The notes: a model not told the origin generated them from the sequence alone. Shown: positions 1-10,688, counted from the first letter of the stretch. The stretch is 64,000 bases of DNA from an uncultured archaeon (GCA_964522325.1 CAZFVO010000001.1:3394-67393), one strand, 5' to 3'. Translations and numbers: made by a program.

Positions 1-402
1 TACCATGATGTAAAATACCCGAGATCGTATCGAGTTCATCCTCAGAAAGTTCTGTCAATCTATCCTTAATATCATTTCCAACTTTACCACTTTCAAAATC
101 GAACTCCTCAAACGAAACATCCAAACTTCTCGTATCTATCATCGCAAAGCTCGGCTGACTAGCATATACACCACAAGTTCCTGGACACGCCACCTTACCG
201 TACATAGTCTCAACTATAAATCTTTTGTAACCTCCAACGACAAGCATCTCGTACTTCTTAAATGGAGCCAATATGGATTCGTAGTAGCTCGAAGGCTGGT
301 TAGGTTTCACAAGACCATTTATTGGATCGTATGGGCTTCCATACACGAATAAAGATTCGTTATCACCGATTTTTTCGGCTAAAAAGCTAGGAACTTCATT
401 TC
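1..402 (-). CDS. Partial ORF continuing past the left window edge (its C-terminus lies outside the window). Function unknown. No ATG near its 5' end.
   Basis: A reverse-strand frame is open for about 135 codons from 406 down to 1: NEVPSFLAEKIGDNESLFVYGSPYDPINGLVKPNQPSSYYESILAPFKKYEMLVVGGYKRFIVETMYGKVACPGTCGVYASQPSF... It is absent from the ORF track because it has no stop inside the window. Confidence 0.4.
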
Positions 403-648
403 TTAACTACTTCTACCTTCTCTTCCGAGCTTATCCCAGTTCCACTCTACAATCTTCCTTTCAAGCTTTGGGAGGCTTTCCTTACCCTCTTCTTCAAGTT
501 CGTGCCATTCAGCGATCAGATTATCTATCTTCCCTCTGACAGCTTTAATTCCATTTTCAACTATGAGTTCGTATGTTTCTTTGGGATAGGGCATGTAGCC
601 AAAGATGCCAAGGATGTAAATCCCCTTTATGTCAAATTTTTCCTTCAA
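403..648 (-). CDS. Hypothetical 81-aa protein. It may be the N-terminal part of the downstream partial ORF, separated from it by a frame change.
   Basis: ORF track entry. Ends at TAA 403..405, immediately followed by the open -1 frame of feature 1..402. No family recognised. Confidence 0.4.
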   Translation of the reverse strand: MKEKFDIKGIYILGIFGYMPYPKETYELIVENGIKAVRGKIDNLIAEWHELEEEGKESLPKLERKIVEWNWDKLGREGRSS

Positions 649-733
649 CCTCTCAACCTTCTTAAGCAGTGCTCTTAAAGCAACAAGTTTCCGGAAGATT
701 TGAAGCCACGATGATCATGGAAGAAGTTTGTAG

Positions 734-1576
734 TCAGTATATAAGCCTTTGTATGGGTATTATGAGAATGTCTCTTGCACCGACCTTCTTCAGTCTCTCC
801 AAAACCTCAAAAAGCCTATCCTCTTGAACAACTACATGCACAGCCAACATGTTTCCGTTCTCAACCTTCATTACAGTTGGACCTTTCAAGCCGGGAACGA
901 TCTTTTTAACTTCACCGAGAACATCAGCGGGAACATTCATCATGAGATACATCATACCTTTAGCGTTCAAGACACCCTGAATCGATGTTACAAGCGCTCT
1001 AACCTCAAACTCGTTTACAACATCCTTATTTGCAATCAAAACAGCTTCAGTTTCTAGGACAGTCTCAACAACTCTCAAATTGTTCGCCCTCAAGGTCATG
1101 CCGGTTGAAGTTAAATCTAATATTGCATCTGCTATTCCTATGTATGGTGCATTCTCACAAGCTCCACTGACCTCAACGATCTTCACACTTAAACTCTTCT
1201 CCTTGAAAAATCTATCAGCTATGTTTTTAAACTCTGTAGCAACCCTCTTCCCATCTAGGTCTTCAATTGAGTTCACATCTGAATCTACAGGAACTGCAAC
1301 GACTAGTTTGGCCTTTCCAAAACCAAGTTTTAGAAGGACTTCAACCTCAACGCCAGATTCAACAACCATATCGTATCCAGTTATCCCAACATCTGCCGAT
1401 CCGTTTGCGACATAATGAGGTATATCCCTTGCTCTTGCAAATAAAACGTTGATATTTGGATTGTTTGTTGGGACTATCAACCTTCTTTCAGTTCCCTCTG
1501 CTCTTATACCAGCTTCCCTGAGTAATTCTAAAGCAGGTTCGCTCAACCTACCCTTGTTCGGAACTGCGATTATCAT
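734..1576 (-). CDS. hisG: ATP phosphoribosyltransferase, long form with C-terminal regulatory domain
   Basis: MIIAVPNKGRLSEPALELLREAGI..., DIPHYVANGSADVGITGYD, TSTGMTLRANNLR. Start placed at the internal Met (residue 19 of the ORF) so that it does not overlap the metK stop. Confidence 0.85.
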   Translation of the reverse strand: MIIAVPNKGRLSEPALELLREAGIRAEGTERRLIVPTNNPNINVLFARARDIPHYVANGSADVGITGYDMVVESGVEVEVLLKLGFGKAKLVVAVPVDSDVNSIEDLDGKRVATEFKNIADRFFKEKSLSVKIVEVSGACENAPYIGIADAILDLTSTGMTLRANNLRVVETVLETEAVLIANKDVVNEFEVRALVTSIQGVLNAKGMMYLMMNVPADVLGEVKKIVPGLKGPTVMKVENGNMLAVHVVVQEDRLFEVLERLKKVGARDILIIPIQRLIY

Positions 1577-1610
1577 CCTTCTCAAGTTGATTGAGGGTTT
1601 ATAAAAACTG

Positions 1611-2810
1611 TCAGAAAACGTCGATCTCATCGTTTATGATCATATCTGTTATTTTTGTAACGTTTTCGAGCCAACCTTCAGCAATCTCTACAGCCATCTT
1701 TTCCATCCTCTCAACGTCGTAACCCTTCTTCGGAATTATTTGAATATCAACAGCCTTGGGCTCATTTATAGGTTTTCCTATCTGGCTTAGTATCTTCACA
1801 TAAACCTCTTCAATTCCTTCTATGTTCTCATAGCAATCCTTTGCAATGAAGTTTGCGAGTACATTGTAAATCTTTCCTACGTGGTTTATGGGGTTTTTAC
1901 CTGCTGAAGCTTCCATGCTCATAGGTCTGTATGGAGTAATTAGTCCGTTGCATCTGTTTCCTCTTCCAACACTTCCGTCATCACCGCACTCAGCTGAAGT
2001 TCCCGTGACCGTCAAATAAACGCAACCCCTTTCGTAATCATCGGCAGTGTTTATATGAACATCTACATCTCTCTCAGTGTACTCTCTAACTATATCTTTC
2101 ACCCATTCGGTCAAAGCATCTTTAACAGCTATGTACTCCTTCACACTGTTGAGATATTTATCTACCATAGCGCAGGCTATTGTGAGCGTTATCCTGTCTC
2201 CTTCCCTTAGACCCATGACCTTTACATCCTCTCCAATAGCCTTCTCCTCTCTTCTAAATTCATTGTATATCCTCCTTTCGACATTGTAAACGAGCTTTTC
2301 AGTCTCTGTAAGTGGAGCGAAGCCAATTCCAAACGATGTGTCGTTTGCGAGTGGAGCTTTACCAGATCTCCTCATAAAAACATCCTGTAAGTCTGTACTT
2401 CCTTCTCCAATCCTTACATCGAATATAATGTCTTCATCTGGATTTAGATTTGCCAAAGTTTTTCTTATGTACTCCTTAGCAGCCTTAAGGGCAATCTTAT
2501 CTGTTGGAATCCAAGTGCCCTCAAACTCCTTCGTAGCTCTCCCAACGAGTAGGATAAAGATGGGTTGTACTATCTCTCCACCCCCAAAGGCAGGCTTTGA
2601 CTTTCCAGCAACTATCTGTGTTTCATCTGTGTTGTGGTGGAGAACGATACCAAACCTCTTTATATATTCCCTACTCAAAGCTCTGCTCATAGATTCCGCT
2701 ATTCCATCTGCAAGGGTATCTGGATGTCCTACTCCCTTCCTCTCAACAATCTCGATCTTTTGCTTCTCTACTGGCGTTTGAATGAGTTTCTGAACATGAA
2801 TGTTCTTCAT
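1611..2810 (-). CDS. mat: Archaeal-type S-adenosylmethionine synthetase
   Basis: MKNIHVQK...[19 protein letters not shown], a typical archaeal MAT N-terminus, with matching length. Start taken at Met20 of the ORF. Confidence 0.9.
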   Translation of the reverse strand: MKNIHVQKLIQTPVEKQKIEIVERKGVGHPDTLADGIAESMSRALSREYIKRFGIVLHHNTDETQIVAGKSKPAFGGGEIVQPIFILLVGRATKEFEGTWIPTDKIALKAAKEYIRKTLANLNPDEDIIFDVRIGEGSTDLQDVFMRRSGKAPLANDTSFGIGFAPLTETEKLVYNVERRIYNEFRREEKAIGEDVKVMGLREGDRITLTIACAMVDKYLNSVKEYIAVKDALTEWVKDIVREYTERDVDVHINTADDYERGCVYLTVTGTSAECGDDGSVGRGNRCNGLITPYRPMSMEASAGKNPINHVGKIYNVLANFIAKDCYENIEGIEEVYVKILSQIGKPINEPKAVDIQIIPKKGYDVERMEKMAVEIAEGWLENVTKITDMIINDEIDVF

Positions 2811-2909
2811 AGCTTTGAGAATTTTGAAAAGGGATATAAGTTTTAGGGTTTTCAGAGAGTAACGCATTTATAACGATTTATAACGATCGAAGCTGTCAGA
2901 GGTGATGAA

Positions 2910-4646
2910 ATGAGAGAGGTTTTTGAGGAGTTTATAGAGCTGATAAAGCTTGAGGATGTTACAAAAAGTGAGGCAATGAAAGAGTTCTTTAGAAAACTGA
3001 ATTCAATGGAAATAAAAGAGTTTAACTGGGCTGATGAGGTGTTTGAAGGCATTCATACTAGAAATGATGGTAGTAAGATAGCTTTATACTGGGTCGATTT
3101 AGAGAGTGGAGAGGAGAGAAAGTTCAGTTATAGGGAATTTGCTAAGATATCCAGTGGAATTGTCAACTTCTTAAGGGAATGCGGTGTTGAGAAAGGTGAT
3201 TTTTTCCACTTCATGCTCCCTTTAATTCCTGAGGTATGGTTTAGTCATTACGCAACGGTTAAAGGAGGCTTCATAGGAGTTCCAAATGCAAATATACTAA
3301 AGGAGAGGGACTTAGAGTACAGATTCAAGATTGCAAAACCATCAGCAATAATAGCAGATGAAGTTTCGGCTAGGGTAATAGACAGAGCTCTTGAGATGGC
3401 CAACGTTGAGCCAAAGGTAAAGGTGGTCATTGGAGACAGGAAAGGATGGGAGCCATTTGATTCAATAGAACCAAAAGACTGTGAAGGAGCAAGGACTAAA
3501 GCTGATGATCCAATATTCTGCTTCTTCACATCTGGAACAACTGGATTACCTAAAGGAGTAATCCATACAGCTGTGTCTTATCCAGTGGGGCATCTCTCAA
3601 CAGCTTGTACAATAAACGTAAAGCCAGATGACATTCATAATAACCTGAGTGCTGCTGGATGGGCTAAGTTCGCTTGGAGTTCATTCTTTGCACCATTCAT
3701 AGTTGGAGCCACGGTTTTAGGTCTACACTTCATCAAGTTCAAACCTGAGAAGTACCTTGAGGCTGTTGACAGCTACGGCGTGAGTACATTCTGTGCACCT
3801 CCAACCGCTTGGAGGATGTTCATGCTCGTAGATGTTAAGCAGAGAGGCTTAAAGTTTGAGAATCTTAGAGAGGTTGTCAGCGCTGGTGAACCACTCAATC
3901 CAGAGATATATCATAGGTGGAAGGAGTGGACTGGAACCGAGATCAGAGATTTCTATGGACAGACTGAAAGCACAGCAATGATAGGAAATCCACCGTGGTT
4001 TAAAGGTAAAATTGTGCCTGGCTCATTTGGAGTTCCAACGTACATGTACGACATTGTTCTGCTCGATGACAATATGAACATGATAACTCAACCTAGGGTT
4101 GTTGGACATATAGCTGTAAGACTAAGCAGATGGAGGCCAATAGGACTTCTTAAGGGCTACATTGGCAACGTTAGGGAAGATGCATTCGTCGGTGATTATT
4201 ACCTAACGGGAGACAAGGCTTACTTCGATGAAAAAGGCTATTGGTGGTTCGTTGCAAGGGCTGACGATGTCATAAAGACTTCAGATTACAGGGTTGGTCC
4301 CTTTGAAGTTGAGAGTATTCTGCTTGAGCATCCAGCTGTAGCTGAGGTTGCGGTGGTTGGTAGTCCAGATCCGATAAGGTGGCAGGTAGTTAAGGCTTTT
4401 ATCGTATTAAAACCAGGTTACAAGCCATCAAGAGAACTAGCCTTGGAACTTTTCAAGCACTGCAAAGAAATATTGGCTAAGTTCAAAATACCGAGAATAA
4501 TAGAGTTCGTTGATTCACTACCCAAAACTATTAGTGGTAAGATAAAGAGGAAGGAGCTTAGAATGATGGAGGAAGAGAGGAAGAAGAAGGGTGAAAGGGG
4601 AGAGCATGAATACTTCTACAAGGACTTTCCTGAGCTGAAGGGGTGA
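2910..4646 (+). CDS. AMP-forming acyl-CoA synthetase (medium-chain/acetyl-CoA synthetase-like)
   Basis: Adenylate-forming motifs FFTSGTTGLPKG, YGQTE, TGD...GY.W..R.DD.IK and a C-terminal PKT.SGKI.R. GAGGTGAT Shine-Dalgarno upstream of the ATG. Confidence 0.8.
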   Translation: MREVFEEFIELIKLEDVTKSEAMKEFFRKLNSMEIKEFNWADEVFEGIHTRNDGSKIALYWVDLESGEERKFSYREFAKISSGIVNFLRECGVEKGDFFHFMLPLIPEVWFSHYATVKGGFIGVPNANILKERDLEYRFKIAKPSAIIADEVSARVIDRALEMANVEPKVKVVIGDRKGWEPFDSIEPKDCEGARTKADDPIFCFFTSGTTGLPKGVIHTAVSYPVGHLSTACTINVKPDDIHNNLSAAGWAKFAWSSFFAPFIVGATVLGLHFIKFKPEKYLEAVDSYGVSTFCAPPTAWRMFMLVDVKQRGLKFENLREVVSAGEPLNPEIYHRWKEWTGTEIRDFYGQTESTAMIGNPPWFKGKIVPGSFGVPTYMYDIVLLDDNMNMITQPRVVGHIAVRLSRWRPIGLLKGYIGNVREDAFVGDYYLTGDKAYFDEKGYWWFVARADDVIKTSDYRVGPFEVESILLEHPAVAEVAVVGSPDPIRWQVVKAFIVLKPGYKPSRELALELFKHCKEILAKFKIPRIIEFVDSLPKTISGKIKRKELRMMEEERKKKGERGEHEYFYKDFPELKG

Positions 4647-4650
4647 TTTT

Positions 4651-6266
4651 ATGCCTTACAGGAGTTTTGAAACGTTTAGGGACGTTTTAGAGAGAATAGC
4701 CAACAAGTATCCGAACAATCCAGCCATACTTTTTGATGGGGTGGTCATAAGCTACAGTGAGCTTTTTGAGAAGGCAAATAGACTTGCATATGCGTTGTAT
4801 AAGCTTGGAATAGGGAAAGAAGACAAGATCAGCCTCTGGATGCAGAACACGCCGGAGTGGGTAATAACTTGGTGGGCAGTTCCGATGATAGGAGCTGTTG
4901 TCGTGCCAGTGGATCACTGGTATAAAGAGATAGAGGCCAAACACATCATATGTCATTCAGATTCGAAGATGGTGATAACATACCGCTCATTTGGAAAGTG
5001 GGACTTTATATCGATTCTCAAGAAAATAAGGGATAAAACTAAGCTTGAAAATATAGTTTCTGTTGGAGATGCAAATAAAATTGATGGAATTGAGTTTGAA
5101 GAGCTTTTGAAGATGGGGAAGGGCTGGAGGAAGGATGAGGAATTCTTGAAAGTTGTCAGGAATGTTTCTCCAGATGACGTTTGTTTAATACTTTACACGT
5201 CTGGAACTACTGGAACTCCCAAGGGCGTTATGCTTTCGCAGTATCAGATAATTAAGAACGCCTACGATCAGGGGGAGAATTTAAAAGTCACATCAGAAGA
5301 CAAATTAGTAGTCCCAGTTCCATTCAGCCACTGTTTTGGCTGTGTCATGTCCATAACACTAATGGCTTGCTTTGGGGGTGCTATTGCTCCACTCTTGGTC
5401 TTCAACGAGAGAGATGCACTAGAAACTATAGAGAGGTACGGTTGCACGATGATACACGGAACACCAACGATGTTTAACAGGGAAATAAAGCTGTTCAGAG
5501 AAGAGAATTTCGACACGTCAACGCTCAGAACTGGAATCATGGCTGGAGCTCCATGTCCAGAAAATTTAATGAGAGCTGTAATGGAGGAGATGGGTGCAAA
5601 CCTCTGCATAACATACGGATTGACTGAAGCTTCTCCTGGGATAACCATGACTAGCTTGGACGACAGCATAGAGGATAGAGTTAAGACTGTAGGAAAACCT
5701 TTGCCAGATATAGAGGTAAAGATTGTCGACGATAATGGAAGAGAACTACCACCAGGCAAGGTTGGTGAGATAATCTGCAGGGGTTACAACGTCATGAAGG
5801 GATATTACAAGGCTCCGGAGCTTACGGCCAAAACGATAAGGAATGGGTGGTTATACACTGGCGATTTGGGGGTTATGGATGAGAGGGGATACATAACTTT
5901 CAAAGGGAGGAAGAAGGAGCTAGTCATCGTTGGAGGATACAATGTCTATCCGATTGAAATAGAGAGCGACAGTTCGAGAAAGTTCATGAAGTTGCAGTGG
6001 TGAGAGTGCCCGATGAGGACTTGGGTGAAGTAGTGGCATGTGCTGTAATTCCAAAAGATGGAGTTAAGCTCGATCCTCAGGAAATAGTGGATTTCTGCTA
6101 TGGCAAGATTGCAAGTGCAAAAGTTCCGAGATACGTTTACATCACTGACTCTCTGCCAGTCAGTGGGAGGGGTAAGGTTCAGAAGTACAAGCTCGTCGAA
6201 ATTTTGAAGGAACTCATTAAAAAAGGAGAAGAAGATTGTTCCTACCGCAGTCAAGATCAAATCTAA
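4651..6266 (+). pseudogene. Long-chain fatty-acid-CoA ligase (FadD-like) interrupted by an apparent single-base frameshift near 5962..5970
   Basis: ORF 4651..6003 carries YTSGTTGTPKG, YGLTE and TGDLG..DE.GY..F.GR.K but stops right after GGYNVYPIEIE. ORF 5997..6266, in another frame, continues with the expected ...EKVHEVAVVRVPDEDLGEVV...AKVPRYV...LP.SGRGKV.K. Confidence 0.75.
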
Positions 6267-6285
6267 GGATAAATAAAGATAATTT

Positions 6286-7590
6286 TTATCTCAAATCCAA
6301 TATTCTCTTTGCCTTACCTTCAAACCTTTCAAGAGTTCCCTTTTCAACGAGCTCGACATTTACCCTTATTCCAAGCTCTTCCCTCAAAACATTCTCTATT
6401 TTTTTCTTTAACCTCTCCAAATCAGCCAGTTCACCAGTGAAAAACTCGTCTTTAACCTCAACTCTCACTGTCATCTCGTCTAGGGCGCCCCTTTTGGTCA
6501 GAACTATCTGGTAGCTTTCCCCAACCTCTGGGAGTTTCATCAGCACATGCTCAACTTGGCTTGGAAAGATGTTCACACCTCTAACTATGATCATATCGTC
6601 GGTCCTTCCCAATATCCTATGAATCTTGGGATGCGTTCTTCCACAACTGCACTCGTCATCCATTATAAACGTTATATCTCCCGTTCTGTACCTTATGAGA
6701 GGTAACGCTTCCTTTGTGAGTGGGGTAAGTACTAATTCACCCTTCTCTCCCTCACTTAAAGGTTCACCTGTTTCAGGATCGACAATTTCGACAATGTAAT
6801 GATCAATCCATATGTGCAAGCCATTCTGCTCTTCACACTCAAATGCCACACCCGGTCCATTCATCTCACTCAAGCCATAGCTGTCAAAAGCTTTCAAGCC
6901 GAACGAATCTTCTAACTTTTTCCTGAGGGATTCACTCCAAGGTTCTGCTCCAAAGCATCCTATCTTTAATCCTATATCGCTTGGATCTATTCCCATACTT
7001 TCAGCTACTTCCTTTATGTGTAAAGCATAGCTTGGTGTGCAGTGAATGGCTGTAGTTCCAAAATCAAGCATGAACCGAATTTGCCTTTTTGTGTTCCCCG
7101 TTCCAGATGGAATAACCATGGCTCCAATTCTCTCAGCTGCATAGTGAAATCCCAAACCGCCAGTGAAAAGAGTGTAACTTACCATATTCTGAAAAACATC
7201 ATTTTTTCTGACCCCAGCCATGTACAAACATCTTGCACAGAGATTTATCCAGTTCTCCAAATCCCTTGCCGTGTATCCAACAACCTTTGGCTTGCCAGTT
7301 GTTCCGCTTGATGTGTGAATTCTAACTATATTTTTCTTTGGTACAGCAAACAATCCAAACGGGTAGTTCTCTCTTAGATGCTCTTTGGTTGTGAACGGTA
7401 ACTTGGCAACATCTTCGAGCGTTCTTATATCGTCTGGATGTACACCTTTCTCTTTAAAGGCCCTTCTGTAAAAGGGAACGTTATCGTAAGCGTGTCTGAT
7501 AACCCACTTTAACCTTTTAAGTTGAATCTCTTCAAGTTCCTTTCTCGGAAGAGTCTCCTCTTTCTGCCAGTATTTGTCAGAGTGTGGCAT
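6286..7590 (-). CDS. paaK: Phenylacetate-CoA ligase / coenzyme F390 synthetase family protein
   Basis: YW..E.L.R.ELEEIQLKRLKWVIRHAYDNVPFYRRAFKEKGV.P.DI, SSGTTGKPK, YGLSE. Start taken at Met20 (the longest ORF reaches 7647). Confidence 0.8.
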   Translation of the reverse strand: MPHSDKYWQKEETLPRKELEEIQLKRLKWVIRHAYDNVPFYRRAFKEKGVHPDDIRTLEDVAKLPFTTKEHLRENYPFGLFAVPKKNIVRIHTSSGTTGKPKVVGYTARDLENWINLCARCLYMAGVRKNDVFQNMVSYTLFTGGLGFHYAAERIGAMVIPSGTGNTKRQIRFMLDFGTTAIHCTPSYALHIKEVAESMGIDPSDIGLKIGCFGAEPWSESLRKKLEDSFGLKAFDSYGLSEMNGPGVAFECEEQNGLHIWIDHYIVEIVDPETGEPLSEGEKGELVLTPLTKEALPLIRYRTGDITFIMDDECSCGRTHPKIHRILGRTDDMIIVRGVNIFPSQVEHVLMKLPEVGESYQIVLTKRGALDEMTVRVEVKDEFFTGELADLERLKKKIENVLREELGIRVNVELVEKGTLERFEGKAKRILDLR

Positions 7591-7660
7591 AGTTTCAAAG
7601 TGCTGATGTTGTATATATCTGTTCCGATAGTATTTTGACTCCTGCAATCGTTAAGGATCT

Positions 7661-8380
7661 GTGAAGGTGCTCGTGTGTGGTAAGGGTGGTTGTGGTAAGA
7701 GTACCGTAGTTGCTTTGATTGCAAAGGAATTGGCAAGAAGGAGTTTTAAGGTCTTGGTGATTGATGGAGATGAGTCAAATCTGAGTTTACATAAGTTTTT
7801 AGGTGTTGAGAAGCCAAGGGAGTTAAAGGAGTTGTTCAGCAGTAGAAAGGAGATTTTTGAAAAGGTTAAGGAGCTCAACATTAAAAGTATCGATGATATT
7901 CCAAAGGATTTCGTTAGTGGAAAAGATGGAATAAGGTTGTTGTGTATTGGAAAGATCCATAGATTCGGTGAAGGCTGTGCTTGTCCTATGGGTGCCTTAC
8001 TGAGAGAATTCCTGAGGAACTTACAGACTACAGATAGAGAATTCGTTGTCGTTGATACTGAAGCTGGGGTTGAGCACTTCGGTAGAGCGGTTGAATTGGG
8101 ATGTGATGTAGTCTTGGTTGTTCTTGATCCTACTTATGAGTCGATCGTTCTTGCGGAAAGGATTAAAGACATGAATTTAAACAAGCCCGTATACTTTGCA
8201 CTTAATAAGGTTGATGAGAATACGAGGGAGATCATGAGGAAAAATGTCGATGCTATCGCTGAAATTCCATTTAGCGATGATATATTCATGAGATGCTTGA
8301 AAGGTGAAGAGTTGGAGGGTACTGAGTTGGTTAGGGATATAGTAGACTATCTATTGAAACTTAAATCCCAAACTTCTTAA
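7661..8380 (+). CDS. cooC: CooC-type (MinD/ParA-class) nickel-insertion accessory ATPase
   Basis: Deviant Walker A CGKGGCGKST plus the CooC-type Cys-x-Cys motif GEGCACPMG. Confidence 0.7.
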   Translation: MKVLVCGKGGCGKSTVVALIAKELARRSFKVLVIDGDESNLSLHKFLGVEKPRELKELFSSRKEIFEKVKELNIKSIDDIPKDFVSGKDGIRLLCIGKIHRFGEGCACPMGALLREFLRNLQTTDREFVVVDTEAGVEHFGRAVELGCDVVLVVLDPTYESIVLAERIKDMNLNKPVYFALNKVDENTREIMRKNVDAIAEIPFSDDIFMRCLKGEELEGTELVRDIVDYLLKLKSQTS

Positions 8381-9668
8381 ATCTAAACGGTAGCTTGCCT
8401 TTCTCAAGCTTTTTCATCTTTTTCATAACGTCCTTCATAGTTTTGTAGTACTTCAGCAACTCTTTCACATCTTGAGGCGTAGTTCCACTCCCAATTGCAA
8501 TCCTTCTTATGCGTGAGGAGTCGATTATCTTTGGATTGAGTAATTCCTCCTCTGTCATCGAATCCATTATGACCTTAAACTTCTTCATTTTCTCCTCAGT
8601 CATCTCCATAACACTTTCATCAATCTTTAAGCCAAAGCCAAATGGTAATAGCTCAAAAATCTTCTTTATTGGCCCCATCTTCTGCATAGCCTCGATCTGC
8701 TTATAGATGTCTTTCAAAGTAAATGTCCCCTTTAGGAACTTCTCGGGATCCAACTCCTCCTCTTTCGCAATCCTCTCAACCTTCTCTATCAAAGCCCTTA
8801 TATCACCCATTCCCAAAAGCCTTGATACAAATCCAGCGGGATCGAACCTTTCAAAGTCTTCAACCTTCTCACCAGTCCCAATAAAAGCTATGGGAATTCC
8901 AATTTCTCTTGCAGCAGATAATGCTCCACCTCCTTTAGCTGTACCATCGAACTTGGTTATGATTATACCGTCTATACCTATAGCCTCATGAAAAGCTTTA
9001 GCCTGTCTGCTTGCCAACTGACCTATCGCTGCATCCAAAACAAGTAACTTGTAGTCTGGATTTGCAACTTTGGCAATCTCAATCATTTCATCTATAAGTT
9101 CCTTTTCCAAAGCGTGTCTTCCGGCGGTATCAATTACTATCATGTCATAGTCTTTGAGCTTTTTCAAAGCGTTCTCAACGATCTTAACAGCATCCTTACT
9201 TTCTTTCTCACCATAGAAAGTTATACCATAGCTTTCAGCCAACTGTTTTAGCTGATCATAAGCAGCTGGACGCCATGTGTCTGCACAAACTACAGCTGCC
9301 CTTAAACCTCTATCCTTATAGTATTTTGCAATCTTTGCAGCTGTAGTTGTCTTACCACTCCCCTGTAAACCTACAAGCATAATCTTAGACTTTTTAAGTG
9401 GGATCTCCAATCCTTCACCTATTCCCTTAAGCAATTCCTCATAAACTATCTTGATGATGTGTTCTTTCGGACTTAAACCTTCCAAAACTTTCTCACTCAA
9501 AGCCCTCTTCTTTATAGCGTCGCTTATTTCCTTAACATGTCTGATATTTACATCCGCTTTTATCAGAGCCCTTTGAATATCTCTAACAATCTCCTCAACG
9601 AGCGATTTATCTACTGTAGTAGATCTTGTGATCTTCCTAACAATCTCTTTGAGAGATTCAAGTGCCAT
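8361..9668 (-). CDS. srp54: Signal recognition particle 54 kDa GTPase
   Basis: N domain, G domain (GLQGSGKTTT, DTAGR, TKFDG) and a Met-rich M domain. Confidence 0.95.
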   Translation of the reverse strand: MALESLKEIVRKITRSTTVDKSLVEEIVRDIQRALIKADVNIRHVKEISDAIKKRALSEKVLEGLSPKEHIIKIVYEELLKGIGEGLEIPLKKSKIMLVGLQGSGKTTTAAKIAKYYKDRGLRAAVVCADTWRPAAYDQLKQLAESYGITFYGEKESKDAVKIVENALKKLKDYDMIVIDTAGRHALEKELIDEMIEIAKVANPDYKLLVLDAAIGQLASRQAKAFHEAIGIDGIIITKFDGTAKGGGALSAAREIGIPIAFIGTGEKVEDFERFDPAGFVSRLLGMGDIRALIEKVERIAKEEELDPEKFLKGTFTLKDIYKQIEAMQKMGPIKKIFELLPFGFGLKIDESVMEMTEEKMKKFKVIMDSMTEEELLNPKIIDSSRIRRIAIGSGTTPQDVKELLKYYKTMKDVMKKMKKLEKGKLPFRFKKFGI

Positions 9669-9713
9669 CGATTGACATAGATCAACATATTTAAATCGTT
9701 AACCATTGATATC

Positions 9714-10688
9714 ATGAACGTTCAGATCGAGTTAACGAATAGATGTAACTTAAACTGCAACTTCTGCATAAGGAACTTCTGGTATGCAGACCTACACGAT
9801 TTACCGTTTAACTTAGTTGTGGAGATTCTGGATATGTATGATCCCGATAGGGTAATTCTCTATGGCTATGGTGAGCCAACTCTTTATAACCAACTCAACG
9901 ATGTGATCGAACTTGCAAAGAGGAGAGCTGAAGTAGTTATAGTTACGAGAAACTACAGATTTTACAGAGATGATGTAAATTTGACTTACTCCATTGAAAG
10001 GTACTCAGATCTTTCAAAGCTCAGGAGAAAGGTAGTTTCGATGATTTTAACGAAGGATAACATCGATGAAGTTAAGAAGGTTGCTGAGAAATCTGAAAAA
10101 CTATATCTGACTAATCTAATACCCTACTCGAAAGATATGTACGAAAAATCGGTTTTTGTTGAAATCAGCAAGAAATCTTACGATGTTTGTAAAGATATTG
10201 TTGGAGATGTGAAATTTTTGAGAGATTTAGTTTATTTCAAGGATCATGCAATTCAGAAGTATAAAGAGGTATTGTCTGATGTTGGTGAAGTTAATCTTAG
10301 ATACATCGTTGAGAAGGCGGAGAGGATGAGGACTGCCGAAACTTTTGAAAGGTTTTTACTTGAACTGAAAGAAAATTACGATGTAGATGTTCCAAACGTG
10401 TTCGCTTGTGATAGGAAATGTCCATATGAGGATTGTGTATTTGTTAGAGCTGATGGTAAGATCTTTCCATGCATGGAGTTGGCTTACACACATCCATTAT
10501 ATCTGGGTTATGAAACTTTGACAGTTGAAGGTAATTATGTTGACAAGTCTCTACCGTATCCATGGTGTGGTGACTGTCAGTTTTTGGAGGGTTGTTGGTT
10601 TGTAGAAAATGGATACGACTGTTATGGAAACATACCAACATGTAGTAGATGCCTATTCAGTGTTGGTATTGCGAAGTGTATTCTGTAG
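9714..10688 (+). CDS. Radical SAM protein with a Cys-rich SPASM/twitch-like C-terminal domain
   Basis: CNLNCNFC (CxxxCxxC) at the N-terminus. C-terminus has C-x6-G-x4-C (CVFVRADGKIFPC), then CGDCQFLEGC and further cysteines. Confidence 0.7.
   Translation: MNVQIELTNRCNLNCNFCIRNFWYADLHDLPFNLVVEILDMYDPDRVILYGYGEPTLYNQLNDVIELAKRRAEVVIVTRNYRFYRDDVNLTYSIERYSDLSKLRRKVVSMILTKDNIDEVKKVAEKSEKLYLTNLIPYSKDMYEKSVFVEISKKSYDVCKDIVGDVKFLRDLVYFKDHAIQKYKEVLSDVGEVNLRYIVEKAERMRTAETFERFLLELKENYDVDVPNVFACDRKCPYEDCVFVRADGKIFPCMELAYTHPLYLGYETLTVEGNYVDKSLPYPWCGDCQFLEGCWFVENGYDCYGNIPTCSRCLFSVGIAKCIL

Noticed and set aside
749-1415. Plus-strand ORFs 749..1057, 1080..1415 and 1267..1452. Many similar antisense ORFs occur elsewhere, for example 2338..2781, 5268..5759, 8707..8991, 47188..47643, 51400..51945, 55506..55898 and 56642..57010.
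   Set aside because: They lie entirely opposite well-supported conserved genes (hisG, metK, the CoA ligase, SRP54, EF-2, RNAP subunits). Their translations are low-complexity and S/L/P/F-rich with no motifs. These are typical shadow ORFs.
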